Positions 10,304-24,153 of a DNA stretch of 26,804 bases are shown here, piece after piece. The stretch comes from Macrostomum lignano (taxonomy: Eukaryota). A program made the position numbers and the translations under genes. The notes below the pieces were generated by a model that did not search any database, was not told the DNA's origin, and saw only the letters and a list, made by a program, of their open reading frames with translations. How positions within the stretch are numbered: the first letter of the stretch is position 1; every line of letters starts with the position of its first letter. The stretch spans positions 1-26,804 of the forward strand of contig NIVC01005081.1 in assembly GCA_002269645.1 (NCBI GenBank). Direction: 5' to 3'.

Positions 10304-12540
10304 CTGACTACTGTAGGCCTCCCAAACTGGAAGGCAACATTTTAAATCTACACCCTACCTTCAAACTCTCCGAGTCTGAGACGAGGCTGCTAGATAGGGG
10401 ACTCAATTTTATCCCAACCCAAGCCCTTGATTTGGATGATCTGAGGAACTGCGTGACGGAATTTCATCGTAAACTTTTCTGGAAAGACTTTTTCAAAAAG
10501 AGGGGTCTCGCCAATACCAGTCCGCCCCCTTTCACCGGGAAATCAGTGAAGGAGGTCTCCCCCAGACTTAGAAGTGATCAGTGCAACTTGTTTGTGCTTG
10601 AGAACCAAAAACTGGTAGAGAATTTGACAACGGTACAGATCAAAGGCAACCTAGAGGCACCAGAGACCAGGGCGATTCAGGGGCTCAAGCGAAACAGCTC
10701 CGTCCTTATAAAAAAGGCGGACAAAGGCAACGCAGTGGTCATCATGCACCCTAAGGACTACGAATTTGCAGCCTACAACCAACTGTTTGACACTGATGCC
10801 TATCAACAGCTGGACCAGCCATTGCAACCCGTGACTGCGGAACTTATTAGGGGGATCTTCCTCAATTTATGTAACAGAAAGTTCATATCTAAGAAACAGT
10901 GTGCATTTCTTTGTCCCGGAGAGAAATTCCGTCCCCGGCATTTCTACCTGCTCCAAAAAATTCACAAGGACCCGGCCACCTGGCTGATCCCCTTTCGGGT
11001 CCCAGCAGGCAGACCTATTGTGAGCGGATGTAGTTCTGAAGCAATTGGGGCAGAAAAGTACATAGACTTCTTTCTAAAACCGATTGCCCAAGCGCAACCC
11101 ACTTTCATTAAGGACTCCTATGACTTCAAGGCACACCTTATGGATAAATGCTGCACGGAAGGTTCGACTCTGGCAACCTGTGATGTCCAGAGTCTGTACT
11201 CCATGATCCCAATAGATCAGGGCATTGCAGCGATCCAGGAATTCTTTAACCGATACCCGGATCCCATTAGACCGGATGCTGAAATAATAAAGCTACTGGA
11301 ATTGTGTTTGTACAGGAATGACTTTGAATTTGACAAAATGATTTTCCTACAACTTAGAGGTACAGCCATGGGGCGCATATTTGCGCCCAGCTATGCCTGT
11401 CTGTTCATGAGCCTCTGGGAGGAAACTGCCCTGAGAACTGCTCTTTATAAGCCGAACATCTATTTTAGGTACATAGATGATATCTTCATTCACTGGGACC
11501 ACCCGGCTGAAACTCTGACAGAATTTGTTGTACACCTAAATTCAATCAACCCCAACATCAAACTCACCGTCAGCTCCTCATCAACTGAGGTCAGTTTCCT
11601 TGACATGACCATCAGGAAAGCTGAAAACCGCTTCACAACACAACTGTTTTCAAAAGAAACAGACACTCATAGATTGTTGCACCGACAGTCCTTCCATCCG
11701 TCACACACCTTCAAGGGAGTAGTAAAATCCCAAATCCTTCGGTACGCTCGTATCTGTGATGACTACAAGTCTTTTAACGATGCTTTCAATTCTTTAAAAT
11801 CGGAACTCAAGCAATTAGGCTACTCGAAGATTTTTCTTAGAAACTGCAAAAAGGATGTCCTCATACTTATGAACTGGACTGCAGGACCAACGACCAATCT
11901 GGGTCTGCTTCCCAAAGGGTTCCATCCCTGTGGGTCATCCCGCTGCAAATGCTGCACCCACTCACCGCCTGCTCTCTCCGCCCAGGGACTGAAACCGGCT
12001 TCTGGTTTTTTAATCTCTCAGAGCCTGTCCTGTGGCTCCAAGAACATCATCTATGGCATCTCCTGCAACCAGTGCCACCCTGGGAAAATCTTCTATGTAG
12101 GGATGACTAGAAGAACAATGAGAGATAGAATGAACCAGCACAGGTCAAATATTAACAGGAGAGTCGTAACTTCGGGGTCAGAGCACTTTCTCACCCCCAA
12201 TCACTCGATTGCAAACTTTGTCTCCATTGCTATCGAACAAGTTCTTAATAACAACAAAATCGAACTAAGGGAAGAAATCTGGATTAAAAAACTAGGGACT
12301 GACAAACCGCCAGGTACGAACATTAGGGTCGACAATCATCTTCTCCGACCCATCCCAATGGTCCTTCCTTTTCACCCATCTACGGTCTGGCTTGCCAACG
12401 AGATTGCTAAAAACTTTGATAAGCTACAAAATAAACCAGGCTCCCGCATACTGCCCGCTTTTACACGGCAACGTAACTTACAGAGCCTCCTGGCTCCCAA
12501 TAAGTTCAAGTCTCAGCCAGGAAACATTGAATCATTTTAA
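10300..12540 (+). CDS. PLE reverse transcriptase + GIY-YIG endonuclease (746 aa from the slip site; track ORF 10432-12540 omits the N-terminus)
   Basis: Frame open from 10234. PLE motifs NILNL..LS..E..LL.RGLNFIPT, KADKG, FYLLQKIHK, GRPIVS, CDVQSLY, QLRGTAMG..APSYA and RYIDD (11470-11481). Zn-knuckle at 11929-11955. GIY-YIG NIIYGISCNQC..FYVGMT..R..QH..REEIWIKKL..GTN at 12043-12321. Confidence 0.95.
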   Translation, partial: LADYCRPPKLEGNILNLHPTFKLSESETRLLDRGLNFIPTQALDLDDLRNCVTEFHRKLFWKDFFKKRGLANTSPPPFTGKSVKEVSPRLRSDQCNLFVLENQKLVENLTTVQIKGNLEAPETRAIQGLKRNSSVLIKKADKGNAVVIMHPKDYEFAAYNQLFDTDAYQQLDQPLQPVTAELIRGIFLNLCNRKFISKKQCAFLCPGEKFRPRHFYLLQKIHKDPATWLIPFRVPAGRPIVSGCSSEAIGAEKYIDFFLKPIAQAQPTFIKDSYDFKAHLMDKCCTEGSTLATCDVQSLYSMIPIDQGIAAIQEFFNRYPDPIRPDAEIIKLLELCLYRNDFEFDKMIFLQLRGTAMGRIFAPSYACLFMSLWEETALRTALYKPNIYFRYIDDIFIHWDHPAETLTEFVVHLNSINPNIKLTVSSSSTEVSFLDMTIRKAENRFTTQLFSKETDTHRLLHRQSFHPSHTFKGVVKSQILRYARICDDYKSFNDAFNSLKSELKQLGYSKIFLRNCKKDVLILMNWTAGPTTNLGLLPKGFHPCGSSRCKCCTHSPPALSAQGLKPASGFLISQSLSCGSKNIIYGISCNQCHPGKIFYVGMTRRTMRDRMNQHRSNINRRVVTSGSEHFLTPNHSIANFVSIAIEQVLNNNKIELREEIWIKKLGTDKPPGTNIRVDNHLLRPIPMVLPFHPSTVWLANEIAKNFDKLQNKPGSRILPAFTRQRNLQSLLAPNKFKSQPGNIESF

Positions 12541-12901
12541 CCAATGCGCTATTTTACCCTATTGAAGTACAATATTTATTCACGTGTCATTTATTTTATT
12601 TTATTCAAACTGCTTAATTGTACGCTCAGTATTGATTTTTATGCTCCTACCCCCAATACCGGCATTTCATCTAATCGTATAGTATCGCATATCGCATAGT
12701 ACTTCGAAATAACAATTTTTTTATTACAAATATACTGTCGTTTAAAATGAATGGTGGAAAGCCTCTGGGACAAGTTAGAGCTAGGCAAAACAGGGTCTTA
12801 AATGTACATCCCTCATATGTACAACTACTCATCAATTCTATCAGACTAAGAAAAATAATACTTAAAAGACCAACTGGAATTGCATGACACACAGATTTTT
12901 T

Positions 12902-12939
12902 GGCCTGACGAAGAGCCCAGAGGCTCGAAACCGGTAGCC
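12902..12939 (+). ncRNA. Minimal type I hammerhead ribozyme (PLE-associated)
   Basis: GGC-CUGACGA-A-GAGCC(CAGA)GGCUC-GAA-ACCGGU-A^GCC: core CUGANGA and GAAA, 5-bp stem II, 3-bp stem I (GGC/GCC), palindromic stem III ACCGGU. Predicted GUA cleavage after 12936. Confidence 0.88.
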
Positions 12940-12987
12940 CATATTAAATTAATTAAGTCTTTTGATTTTTTTAAACACGCCGTGACC

Positions 12988-13004
12988 TCTCTTCTCTCTC
13001 TCTC

Positions 13005-13050
<46 letters not shown>
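12988..13050. repeat. (TC)n tract internal to the PLE
   Basis: Direct reading; followed by TTTCAG at 13052-13057. Confidence 0.95.
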
Positions 13051-13052
<2 letters not shown>

Positions 13053-14802
13053 TTCAGCACCCAGCAGAGTCGAATGCAGAGTAGAAGAGAAAGGGGAAGA
13101 GAGGAAGAAGGTCGGGGAGCTGCTACCCAACCTCTTCCCCTCGTATCTGACTGCCATCCTAAATGCGTGAGCGGTCCTCGATTAGAGGCAAGGCAGAATT
13201 TACTGGCCAAGGAGGCCGCGAAGCCGGGCATCTCAGCAACTCCTCCCCCAGTGAGCCATGGCATCTCAGCAACTCCTCCCCCAGTGAGCCATGGCATCTC
13301 AGCAACTCCTCCCCAGTGAGCCATGGCATCTCAGCAACTCCTCCCCCAGTGAGCCATGGCATCTCAGCAACTCCTCCCCCAGTGAGCCTTTGGCATCTCA
13401 GCAACTCCTCCCCCAGTGAGCCTTTGGCATCTCAGCAACTCCTCCCCCAGTGAGCCATGGCATCTCAGCAACTCCTCCCCCAGTGAGCCATGGCATCTCA
13501 GCAACTCCTCCCCCAGTGAGCCTTTGGCATCTCAGCAACTCCTCCCCCAGTGAGCCATGGCATCTCAGCAACTCCTCCCCCAGTGAGCCTTTGGCATCTC
13601 AGCAACTCCTCCCCCAGTGAGCCATGGCATCTCAGCAACTCCTCCCCAGTGAGCCATGGCATCTCAGCAACTCCTCCCCCAGTGAGCCATGGCATCTCAG
13701 CAACTCCTCCCCAGTGAGCCATGGCATCTCAGCAACTCCTCCCCCAGTGAGCCTTTGGCATCTCAGCAACTCCTCCCCCAGTGAGCCATGGCATCTCAGC
13801 AACTCCTCCCCCAGTGAGCCTATGGCATCTCAGCAACTCCTCCCCCAGTGAGCCATGGCATCTCAGCAACTCCAGATTCTTGCGATTAAGATCTCCTTGG
13901 ATGGGAATTCGGGGACTAGACTTGGGGAAGATGGGTGGCTCATACCCATCCCTATGGACTGAGTATGGGGGGCGGACAGACCTACCTGAGGCTCAAAGAA
14001 AAATTCACCTATTCGGAAGCCCTGTACAGGCTGGGCAGAGGCCGATGGGGAACAGAATTTAGGATGGGAAGAAATGAATTCGGGAGGGAAAATTGAAAGC
14101 ACGAAGCAGAAAGAGAATTTGAGTTCCACAATCTGAGCGCTTTCGCTAATGGATTTTGGCAAGATTGCTCAACTTCTTTTATTCAAATTATTCAATAGAA
14201 GGTTTACTTTAACAGATTATTAGATAGAATGACGGAGCCACTTTTTGCTAGAGAAATCAGCTCCTTTAAAAGTGATTGATGCATAAATATATAGGGGGCA
14301 CATAGGGTACATCATGCTACTTATAGTAGTACTGTATTCAGCTGTATTCAAACAAAAGTTGGAAAGAAATTAACTACATATTAATAATACATACATACTA
14401 TTAATTATTACTCATTAATTAATAATTAGTACCTGTACCTATAAAACAACACCAATAAAACAAATTTTTACTAAAATGAAGCGATTAAGCTAGTGTTTGT
14501 GAGCCGCATAAATAAGCTATAGTTAATAATGATTAATTGTATGTATGAGAAACGTGATATAGGGTTAGTCATAGACAGTTAAATCCGCCATCAGTCATTA
14601 GCAGAATCCGAGCCAATTATACATCTATTTGCCGTCGCTGGTTTTTCGGTTTTTAGCAAAGGCATTGACAGCTCCCCAGCGGCTTCTGAGCTTGTTCAGG
14701 TGGGTGACGGAGATTCGATTCTCTGGATCGATGTTCAGGCTGCGAGTGTCCTCCACGGGGTAGGCTTTGAAGAAACCCCTGCAACAGCGGGAGTTGATAG
14801 AT
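13000..14802 (+). repeat. PLE downstream pseudo-LTR copy
   Basis: Near-identical to 8068-9776. Ends at GTTGATAGAT inside a second, truncated copy of the ORF1 5' part. Confidence 0.95.
13227..13873. repeat. 33-bp minisatellite in pseudo-LTR copy 2 (~19.5 units)
   Basis: Same unit as 8311-8856 but a different copy number and variant order. Confidence 0.97.
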
Positions 14803-18270
<3,468 letters not shown>

Positions 18271-18294
18271 CGAGTAGATAGATAGATGACTCAC

Positions 18295-18536
18295 TTGCTG
18301 ATGGCCTCCGCAGGCGGCAGCACCTCCCCAGTCGCGCTGTTAGTGAAGGCTCCAGTCTCCCGATCGATGAGGCCCTTCTGCGCCGCCTCCTGAAAGCCCA
18401 GCTTTTCTTTAGCGGCAACGTCGACAACCGCGTGCACGACGTAGGACGTCTTGGCGCTGTCGCCAGGTTCGCTAGTGGAGGACTTCTCCGGATTCTCGAT
18501 GCTGATCAGGCCGAAGGAAGATGTGTCCTCGGATAT
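18295..18536 (-). CDS. Plakin-like gene exon with plectin-like repeat
   Basis: Acceptor AAATTCAG|ATA (phase 0) and donor AA|GTGAGT (phase 2). SYVVHAVVDVAAKEKLGFQEAAQKGLIDRETGAFTNSATGEVLPPAEAIS resembles invertebrate plakin/plectin repeats. Confidence 0.8.
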
Positions 18537-18782
18537 CTGAATTTCGGCGAGCCAAAGTACTAAAGTAGTATAGAGCGTGTTTTTTGTTTGCATGAATTGC
18601 ACCGACTATGAGGCCGTGATGTGTCTGCTAACGCGTCTGGTGATGTGTCTGTTCTGTGTCTACTGTTGAGTCTACTAATGTGTATGTTCAATTGTCCGCC
18701 TATTTATCTTAATCATCTATCTGCCTATGTGTCCACCAATATGTCTTGTCCTCCCTCATCAGCCAATCGCCTCCGGCTTCAC

Positions 18783-19131
18783 CTGCTGCGCGGTGACCAG
18801 CTCCACCCGGATCTTGCCAGCCGACATCGCGGCCTCCAACGGCATCTCGGCTCCGCTACCCAGCAACTCGGTGTACATTCCGCGCTGAAAGTTCACCACC
18901 CCGGAGGCGATGGCATCCTGCAGCGACACCTCACAACGTCCGTTCCAGACGGACTGGATGACGTATTTCTTGGCCACCTCCTGACGCTGCCGGGTCACCA
19001 TCTCGGAGCTGAACCGCGGCCCGGCGCCCGGAGATGCCAAGTCGCTGACGGAGGCGCTGCGGCGCTGACGGCTGGTGGATGTTGACCGTTTCCGGGTGGT
19101 CTCAAGGAACTCGAACTCAAATTCAAACAGG
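18783..19131 (-). CDS. Plakin-like gene exon with plectin-like repeat
   Basis: Acceptor TTTCCCAG|C (phase 2) and donor CAG|GTGAAG (phase 0). YVIQSVWNGRCEVSLQDAIASGVVNFQRGMY..MPLEAAMSAGKIRVELV. Confidence 0.72.
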
Positions 19132-19357
19132 CTGGGAAAGGCGAAGTGAGGTCAGGGATATGCAATGTAGTTGAAATCGTACTTGCTTTTGACTCTTAAA
19201 CAATTAACATTTGCAGAAGGACTGGGGACACCTCGCCCTTCTGCCTTGAGGCTTGGCCCAGACAACCCCGCAGACCAAATGTAATTTGTGCCCCAAGCCT
19301 CTGCTGCTCAACTTAAGCTATTCTCTTCTGTTTGGGGAAAGTGTCTGCCCCTCTCAC

Positions 19358-19524
19358 CCAGTCCGCTGGCTCCGCTCAGTCAGTCGATGCGACCGCCCTG
19401 ACCTGACGCTCCGTCGACTGCCTCCGTGAGCGTCGCGACTCATTGGCTGCTGCTGCTGCTGCTGCTGTTGTTGCTGAAGACTTTCAGCAGCCTCCGCCTC
19501 GATGCACTTGGCGTTGGCAAAGGC
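19358..19524 (-). CDS. Plakin-like gene exon (poly-Gln, Arg/Ser-rich linker)
   Basis: Acceptor CGACAG|GCC (phase 0) and donor GG|GTGAGA (phase 2). Contains Q10. Confidence 0.65.
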
Positions 19525-19612
19525 CTGTCGATAAAAAGAGTAACTCCAAAAGTAACTCTCCAAATTTCAATTATTCAATATTTATCCATCAAAACCGAAC
19601 TCTTTTGCGTAC

Positions 19613-19677
19613 CTTCAAGGCTCGAAGCTCACTCCGGATTCTTGGCAACAGTGTAGCGATGGATGTCGACTTATTAG
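19613..19677 (-). CDS. Plakin-like gene exon
   Basis: Acceptor TTTTCAG|CT (phase 1) and donor AAG|GTACGC (phase 0). Reconciles the phases of its neighbours. Confidence 0.65.
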
Positions 19678-19722
19678 CTGAAAATGTGACAGGTGACAGG
19701 TACGATTAAACATGTAGAGAAA

Positions 19723-20002
<280 letters not shown>

Positions 20003-20026
20003 GTCTGCTTGTCTGCCTGCACTCAC

Positions 20027-20126
20027 CGGAATCCGCTTGAATTTTACCCAGCAGGAAGTCGATGGCTTCAACCAGCTTTTTACACTGTCGAAAGTCATTC
20101 AAAGCCTCATCTCTATTGGCGGATGA
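20027..20126 (-). CDS. Plakin-like gene exon (helical)
   Basis: Acceptor CTGCAG|TCA (phase 0) and donor G|GTGAGT (phase 1). [33 protein letters not shown]. Confidence 0.7.
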
Positions 20127-20292
20127 CTGCAGACTCTTGAGAAATTTCTCAACAATTTGGAGACGGTAGAGAAACGAGTTGATGGCGTCCTCCGTAGCCA
20201 GATTCGGCAGCTGCTGGTTTCCATGGGCAGGTGGAATGATGGATGGAGATGCTGAATAGATCTGAGTTATACAAGAGTTCAGGTTTATTCAC

Positions 20293-20589
20293 CTCTGTCA
20301 GCTCGTCTCGACTAGCTCGCAGACTCTTCAATCGCTCCATCAGTGGACCAGCCAGTTCGTCCAGCAGCTCCCCGGCCGCCCGTTCGAATCCAGCGGCGAT
20401 TCTACGAATCCGACCGAGCTCGGCCGAGTCGGGCGCCAGGGCGAGCAGCAGCGGAGGCACTCGCTGCTTCAGCCCGGTTCTCGCATCCTCGATCACCCAC
20501 TGCTGCCTGTTGTTGTTCTCGAGCAGCAGGTAAGCGCCCTGCTGGGATAGGCTGATGCCCAGCTGCAGGTGGGGGACGCGTCGAAACAT
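20293..20589 (-). CDS. Plakin-like gene exon with plakin-type SH3 and following helix
   Basis: Acceptor ACACAG|ATG and donor GAG|GTGAAT, phase 0/0. LLENNNRQQWVIEDARTGLKQRVPPLLLALAPD resembles the plakin-domain SH3 (L.DN..R.KW.V....G....VP..C...PP). Confidence 0.78.
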
Positions 20590-21013
20590 CTGTGTAGTTG
20601 TTGCTCAGCTAAAAATGAGCACTACTGTACACACGCTCGTTATAACTCATCTTGTAAGCTACTTTCAGTTCAGTGGAAATGTTTTATATAGCACGAGCGT
20701 TAGCATTTTAATGTAACTCACCACGGGACAGTCCATGTCGCAGACAGCATGGCAAGCGACCCTGCCGGGCTCTACAGGCAGCACCCGGTGTCGAATCGAA
20801 TGACGACGTTGCATAGCCGCTGAGCACTTGACCAACAGGGCGATTTTGTTACTTAAGATGATCAGCTTTGACTGAAATGTGAGGTTTGCTACTTATAGTA
20901 ACTGTGAGTGGGAGATTTGAAATTTGGTGCTTCTGCTCTCAACTCTCGATTCAGAAACTCGAGCTTCTCCCTGATAGATTTCCCATTGAGACTTCCCTAG
21001 ATTTCTAAACTAT

Positions 21014-21569
21014 CCTCAGAGATTTCCCCACAGAGATTTCCCAGAGATTTCCCCACAGAGATTTCCTCACAGAGATTTCCCCACAGAGATTTCCCCACAG
21101 AGATTTCCTCACAGAGATTTCCCCACAGAGATTTCCCCACAGAGATTTCCCCACAGAGATTTCCCCACAGAAATTTCCCCACAGAGATTTCCCCACAGAG
21201 GTTTCCTCACAGAGATTTCCTCACAGAGATTTCCCCATAGAGGTTTCCTCACAGAGATTTCCCCACAGAGATTTCCCCACAGAGATTTCCCCAGAGGTTT
21301 CCCCACAGAGATTTCCTCACAGAGGTTTCCTCACAGAGATTTCCTCACAGAGATTTCCCCACAGAGATTTCCCCACAGAGATTTCCCCAGAGGTTTCCCC
21401 ACAGAGATTTCCTCACAGAGATTTCCCCACAGAGATTTCCTCACAGAGGTTTCCCACAGAGATTTCCTCACAGAGGTTTCCCCACAGAGATTTCCTCACA
21501 GAGGTTTCCCCACAGAGATTTCCCACAGAGATTTCCCCACAGAAATTTCCCCACAGAGATTTCCCCACA
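21014..21569. repeat. Intronic minisatellite, 14-bp unit CACAGAGATTTCCC (~40 copies)
   Basis: Direct tandem units with CCC/CCT variants. Confidence 0.95.
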
Positions 21570-21636
21570 CAGTCCAGCCAAAAAAAACATCGTCAGTAAG
21601 CACACGGGAAAATCTCCTGGACCCGATAGAACTTAC

Positions 21637-21753
21637 CAGATTATCAACAGCAGACGTAGACTTCAACTGATTGTCTTTATTATTCTCATCTTCTTCATCT
21701 GAGTCCTCCAGACTTCGCAGCTGCTTCTCGGCCTCCTTGACGCGTTCTAGGAT
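21637..21753 (-). CDS. Plakin-like gene exon
   Basis: Acceptor TTCTACAG|ATC and donor CTG|GTAAGT, phase 0/0. ILERVKEAEKQLRSLEDSDEEDE... Confidence 0.7.
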
Positions 21754-21956
21754 CTGTAGAAAGTGGATCGACCGTGATTTAAGGCCAACCATCAAAGGCT
21801 GAGAGTTTACATGCGTGTTTATGAGAATTGCCGTCAGAGCTGGCTGCAGGGACAATGTCTCCGATAGCGTTGCGTCAGGGTGCCCGCCGCCCCCATGTGA
21901 ATATTATTGACCATTCTGACCCCAACAAATATTGTCTGCAGCTGACAAATGCTTAC

Positions 21957-22043
21957 CTTAGCTACGCACTTAACATTGTGCACCTGCTTGGCCAAACAGG
22001 ACACAAGCTTTCTGGGTGTCGAATCGCCCGACTCGATGTCGAA
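21957..22043 (-). CDS. Probable plakin-like gene exon
   Basis: Acceptor TCTTCAG|TTC and donor AAG|GTAAGC. 87 nt, open, phase 0/0. Confidence 0.6.
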
Positions 22044-22148
22044 CTGAAGATTCTGGATATGGGATGGGGGAGTGAGCTCGAAGACAGTGAAATTTGCACT
22101 GAAAATGCATCGATATTGTTGTCAACCGGGAGGCATGATTTCGCTTAC

Positions 22149-22223
22149 CAAATTGGCGGCGTCTTTTGTCTCTTCGGGAAAATATTTCGACCAGAGATTT
22201 TTCGATAGATTGTACAAAACAGT
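22149..22223 (-). CDS. Probable plakin-like gene exon
   Basis: Acceptor TTTTCAG|ACT and donor TTG|GTAAGC. 75 nt, open, phase 0/0. Confidence 0.6.
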
Positions 22224-22304
22224 CTGAAAATTTGTAATTCCGATAAAAATATTAATTCTTTGTAATTTCTGCTGTAACCACTGTTTACGCCTGGTTACAC
22301 CTTC

Positions 22305-22828
22305 TCTGGTCACACTGTCTCTCAGTCTGGTCACACCGTGTCAGCGATCTGGTCACATTTTCTCTCAGTCTGGTCACACTGTCTCTCAGTCTGGTCACAC
22401 TGTCTCTCAGTCTGGTCACACTGTCTCTCAGTCTAGTCACGCTGTCTCTCTCAGTCTGGTCACACTGTCTCTCTCAGTTTGGTCACACTGTCTCTCTCAG
22501 TCTGGTCACACTGTCTCTCTCAGTTTGGTCACACTGTCTCTCTCTCAGTCTGGTCACACTGTCTCTCTCAGTCTGGTCACACTGTCTCTCTCAGTCTAGT
22601 CACACTTTCTCTCTCAGTCTGGTCACACTGTCTCTCTCAGTCTGGTCACACTGTCTCTCTCAGTCTGGTCACACTGTCTCTCTCAGTCTAGTCACACCGT
22701 GTCAGCGATCTGGTCACATTTTCTCTCAGTCTGGTCACACTGTCTCTCCCAGTTTGGTCACACTGTCTCTCTCAGTCTGGTCACACTGTCTCTCAGTCTG
22801 GTCACATCGTCTCTCTCAGTCTGGTCAC
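22305..22828. repeat. Intronic minisatellite, 21-25-bp unit CTGGTCACACTGT(CT)nCAGT
   Basis: Unit length varies with an internal (CT)n. The variant CACCGTGTCAGCGATCTGG occurs twice (~22334 and ~22695), indicating a higher-order duplication. Confidence 0.95.
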
Positions 22829-22928
22829 AGAGTTACATGTACAGTGAAGTTTTGCCAATAATGTGCATAGTCACAATTCATGAAGCTTTAATCACTATAA
22901 GTGAAAACAGACAATCAAACATCCTTAC

Positions 22929-23012
22929 GTTGCAGGTGTTAATCACGGCTAAATATTTGTTTCTGCCTTCGGAAGAGTCCATAATTGACTGTTGCATTGT
23001 TGACTGAGTCTT
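22929..23012 (-). CDS. Probable plakin-like gene exon
   Basis: Acceptor ACACCAG|AAG and donor AAC|GTAAGG. 84 nt, open, phase 0/0. Confidence 0.5.
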
Positions 23013-23106
23013 CTGGTGTATTAATTTCTTCGCTACAGTTCTAACTCGCAGAGTTTGCTCAAAAAAGCAACACGGTCTGCCATTCTTAAGTCTGGCTTTT
23101 TCTCAC

Positions 23107-23190
23107 AAATAGCGCCCGAGGCCGAATGAAGCTCAAAAAGCATTCGAAAGCCGCATGGTCTGTCCTGTGCTGGTCAAGTAACGCGCACAG
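23107..23190 (-). CDS. Probable plakin-like gene exon (most upstream one assigned)
   Basis: Strong acceptor TTTTTTCTCTCTCACAG|CTG and donor TTT|GTGAGA. 84 nt, phase 0/0. A possible ATG exon at 23312-23280 lies just upstream and is weakly supported. Confidence 0.5.
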
Positions 23191-23440
23191 CTGTGAGAGA
23201 GAAAAAAGGCGAGACACAGAAGACAAGCGAGCCTTCTCTGCTCTGCTTCTCGTGTTTGCAATTCTGTGTACAATTTCACGCTAAGGCTAATTTCCATTCT
23301 TTTCTGAGACATTTTGCTCTCCAATGCGAAGCGAAAGAGTTTACAAAAACCATTTGGGTAACAAAACTCGTTTTAATGCCAGTTTTTATGTAACCGTAAT
23401 GAAAATGGAAACTGAAGAAATTGATGAATCCAGGGATGTA

Positions 23441-24153
23441 GGGATGCTTGCTATTTAGGGATTCTTGCTATCTGGGGGATGCTTGCTATCTGGGTGGATG
23501 CTTGTTATCTGGGGGATGCTTGCTATCTGGGTGGATGCTTGCTATCTGGGTGGATGCTTGCTATCTGGGGGATGCTTGCTATCTGGGGGATGCTTGCTAT
23601 CTGGGGGTTCTTGCTATCTGGGTGGATGCTTGCTATCTGGGTGGATGCTTGCTATCTGGGGATGCTTGCTATCTGGGGGATGCTTGCTATCTGGGGGTTC
23701 TTGCTATCTGGGGGGGGGGTGCTAGCTATCTGGGGGATGCTTGCTATCTGGGGATGCTTGCTATTTAGGGATGCTTGCTATCTGGGGGATGCTTGCTATC
23801 TGGGGGATGCTTGCTATCTGGGGGATGCTTGCTATCTGGGTGGATGCTTGCTATCTGGGGGATGCTTGCTATCTGGGTGGATGCTTGCTATCTGGGTGGA
23901 TGCTTGCTATCTGGGCGATGCTTGCTATCTGGGTGGATGCTTGCTATCTGGGGGATGCTTGCTATCTGGGGGGATGCTTGCTATCTGGGGGATGCTTGCT
24001 ATCTGGGGGATGCTTGTTATCTGGGGGGATGCTTGCTATCTGAAGAATGCATGCTATCTGCAGGGGGGATGCTTGCTATCTGAGGGATGCTTGCTATCTG
24101 AGGGATGCTTGCCATCTGGGGGGTGCTTGCTATCTGGGGGATGCTTGCTATCC
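23441..24153. repeat. Minisatellite, 19-20-bp unit GGATGCTTGCTATCTGGGG (~36 copies)
   Basis: Direct tandem units with a variable G-run. Confidence 0.96.

Larger units (their letters stand above)
8068..14802 (+). mobile_element. Penelope-like retroelement (Neptune-like), partial-tandem insertion with pseudo-LTRs
   Basis: Intact RT + GIY-YIG frame, ~1.7-1.8-kb direct repeats on both sides (8068-9776 and ~13000-14802), minimal hammerhead ribozyme and no target-site duplication. All are established PLE hallmarks. The Cys motif before the endonuclease (PCGSSRCKCC) and the CxxC..H..H in it fit Neptune-type PLEs. Confidence 0.92.

Noticed and set aside
10432-10434. Track start of the RT ORF (TTG) and of ORF1 (GTG at 9674)
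   Set aside because: These are bacterial-type start codons. The conserved PLE N-terminal motif lies upstream of 10432 in the same frame.
18756-18762. Minus-strand CUGAUGA as a second hammerhead core
   Set aside because: No stem II or GAAA follows; it is just tandem stop codons in intron sequence.
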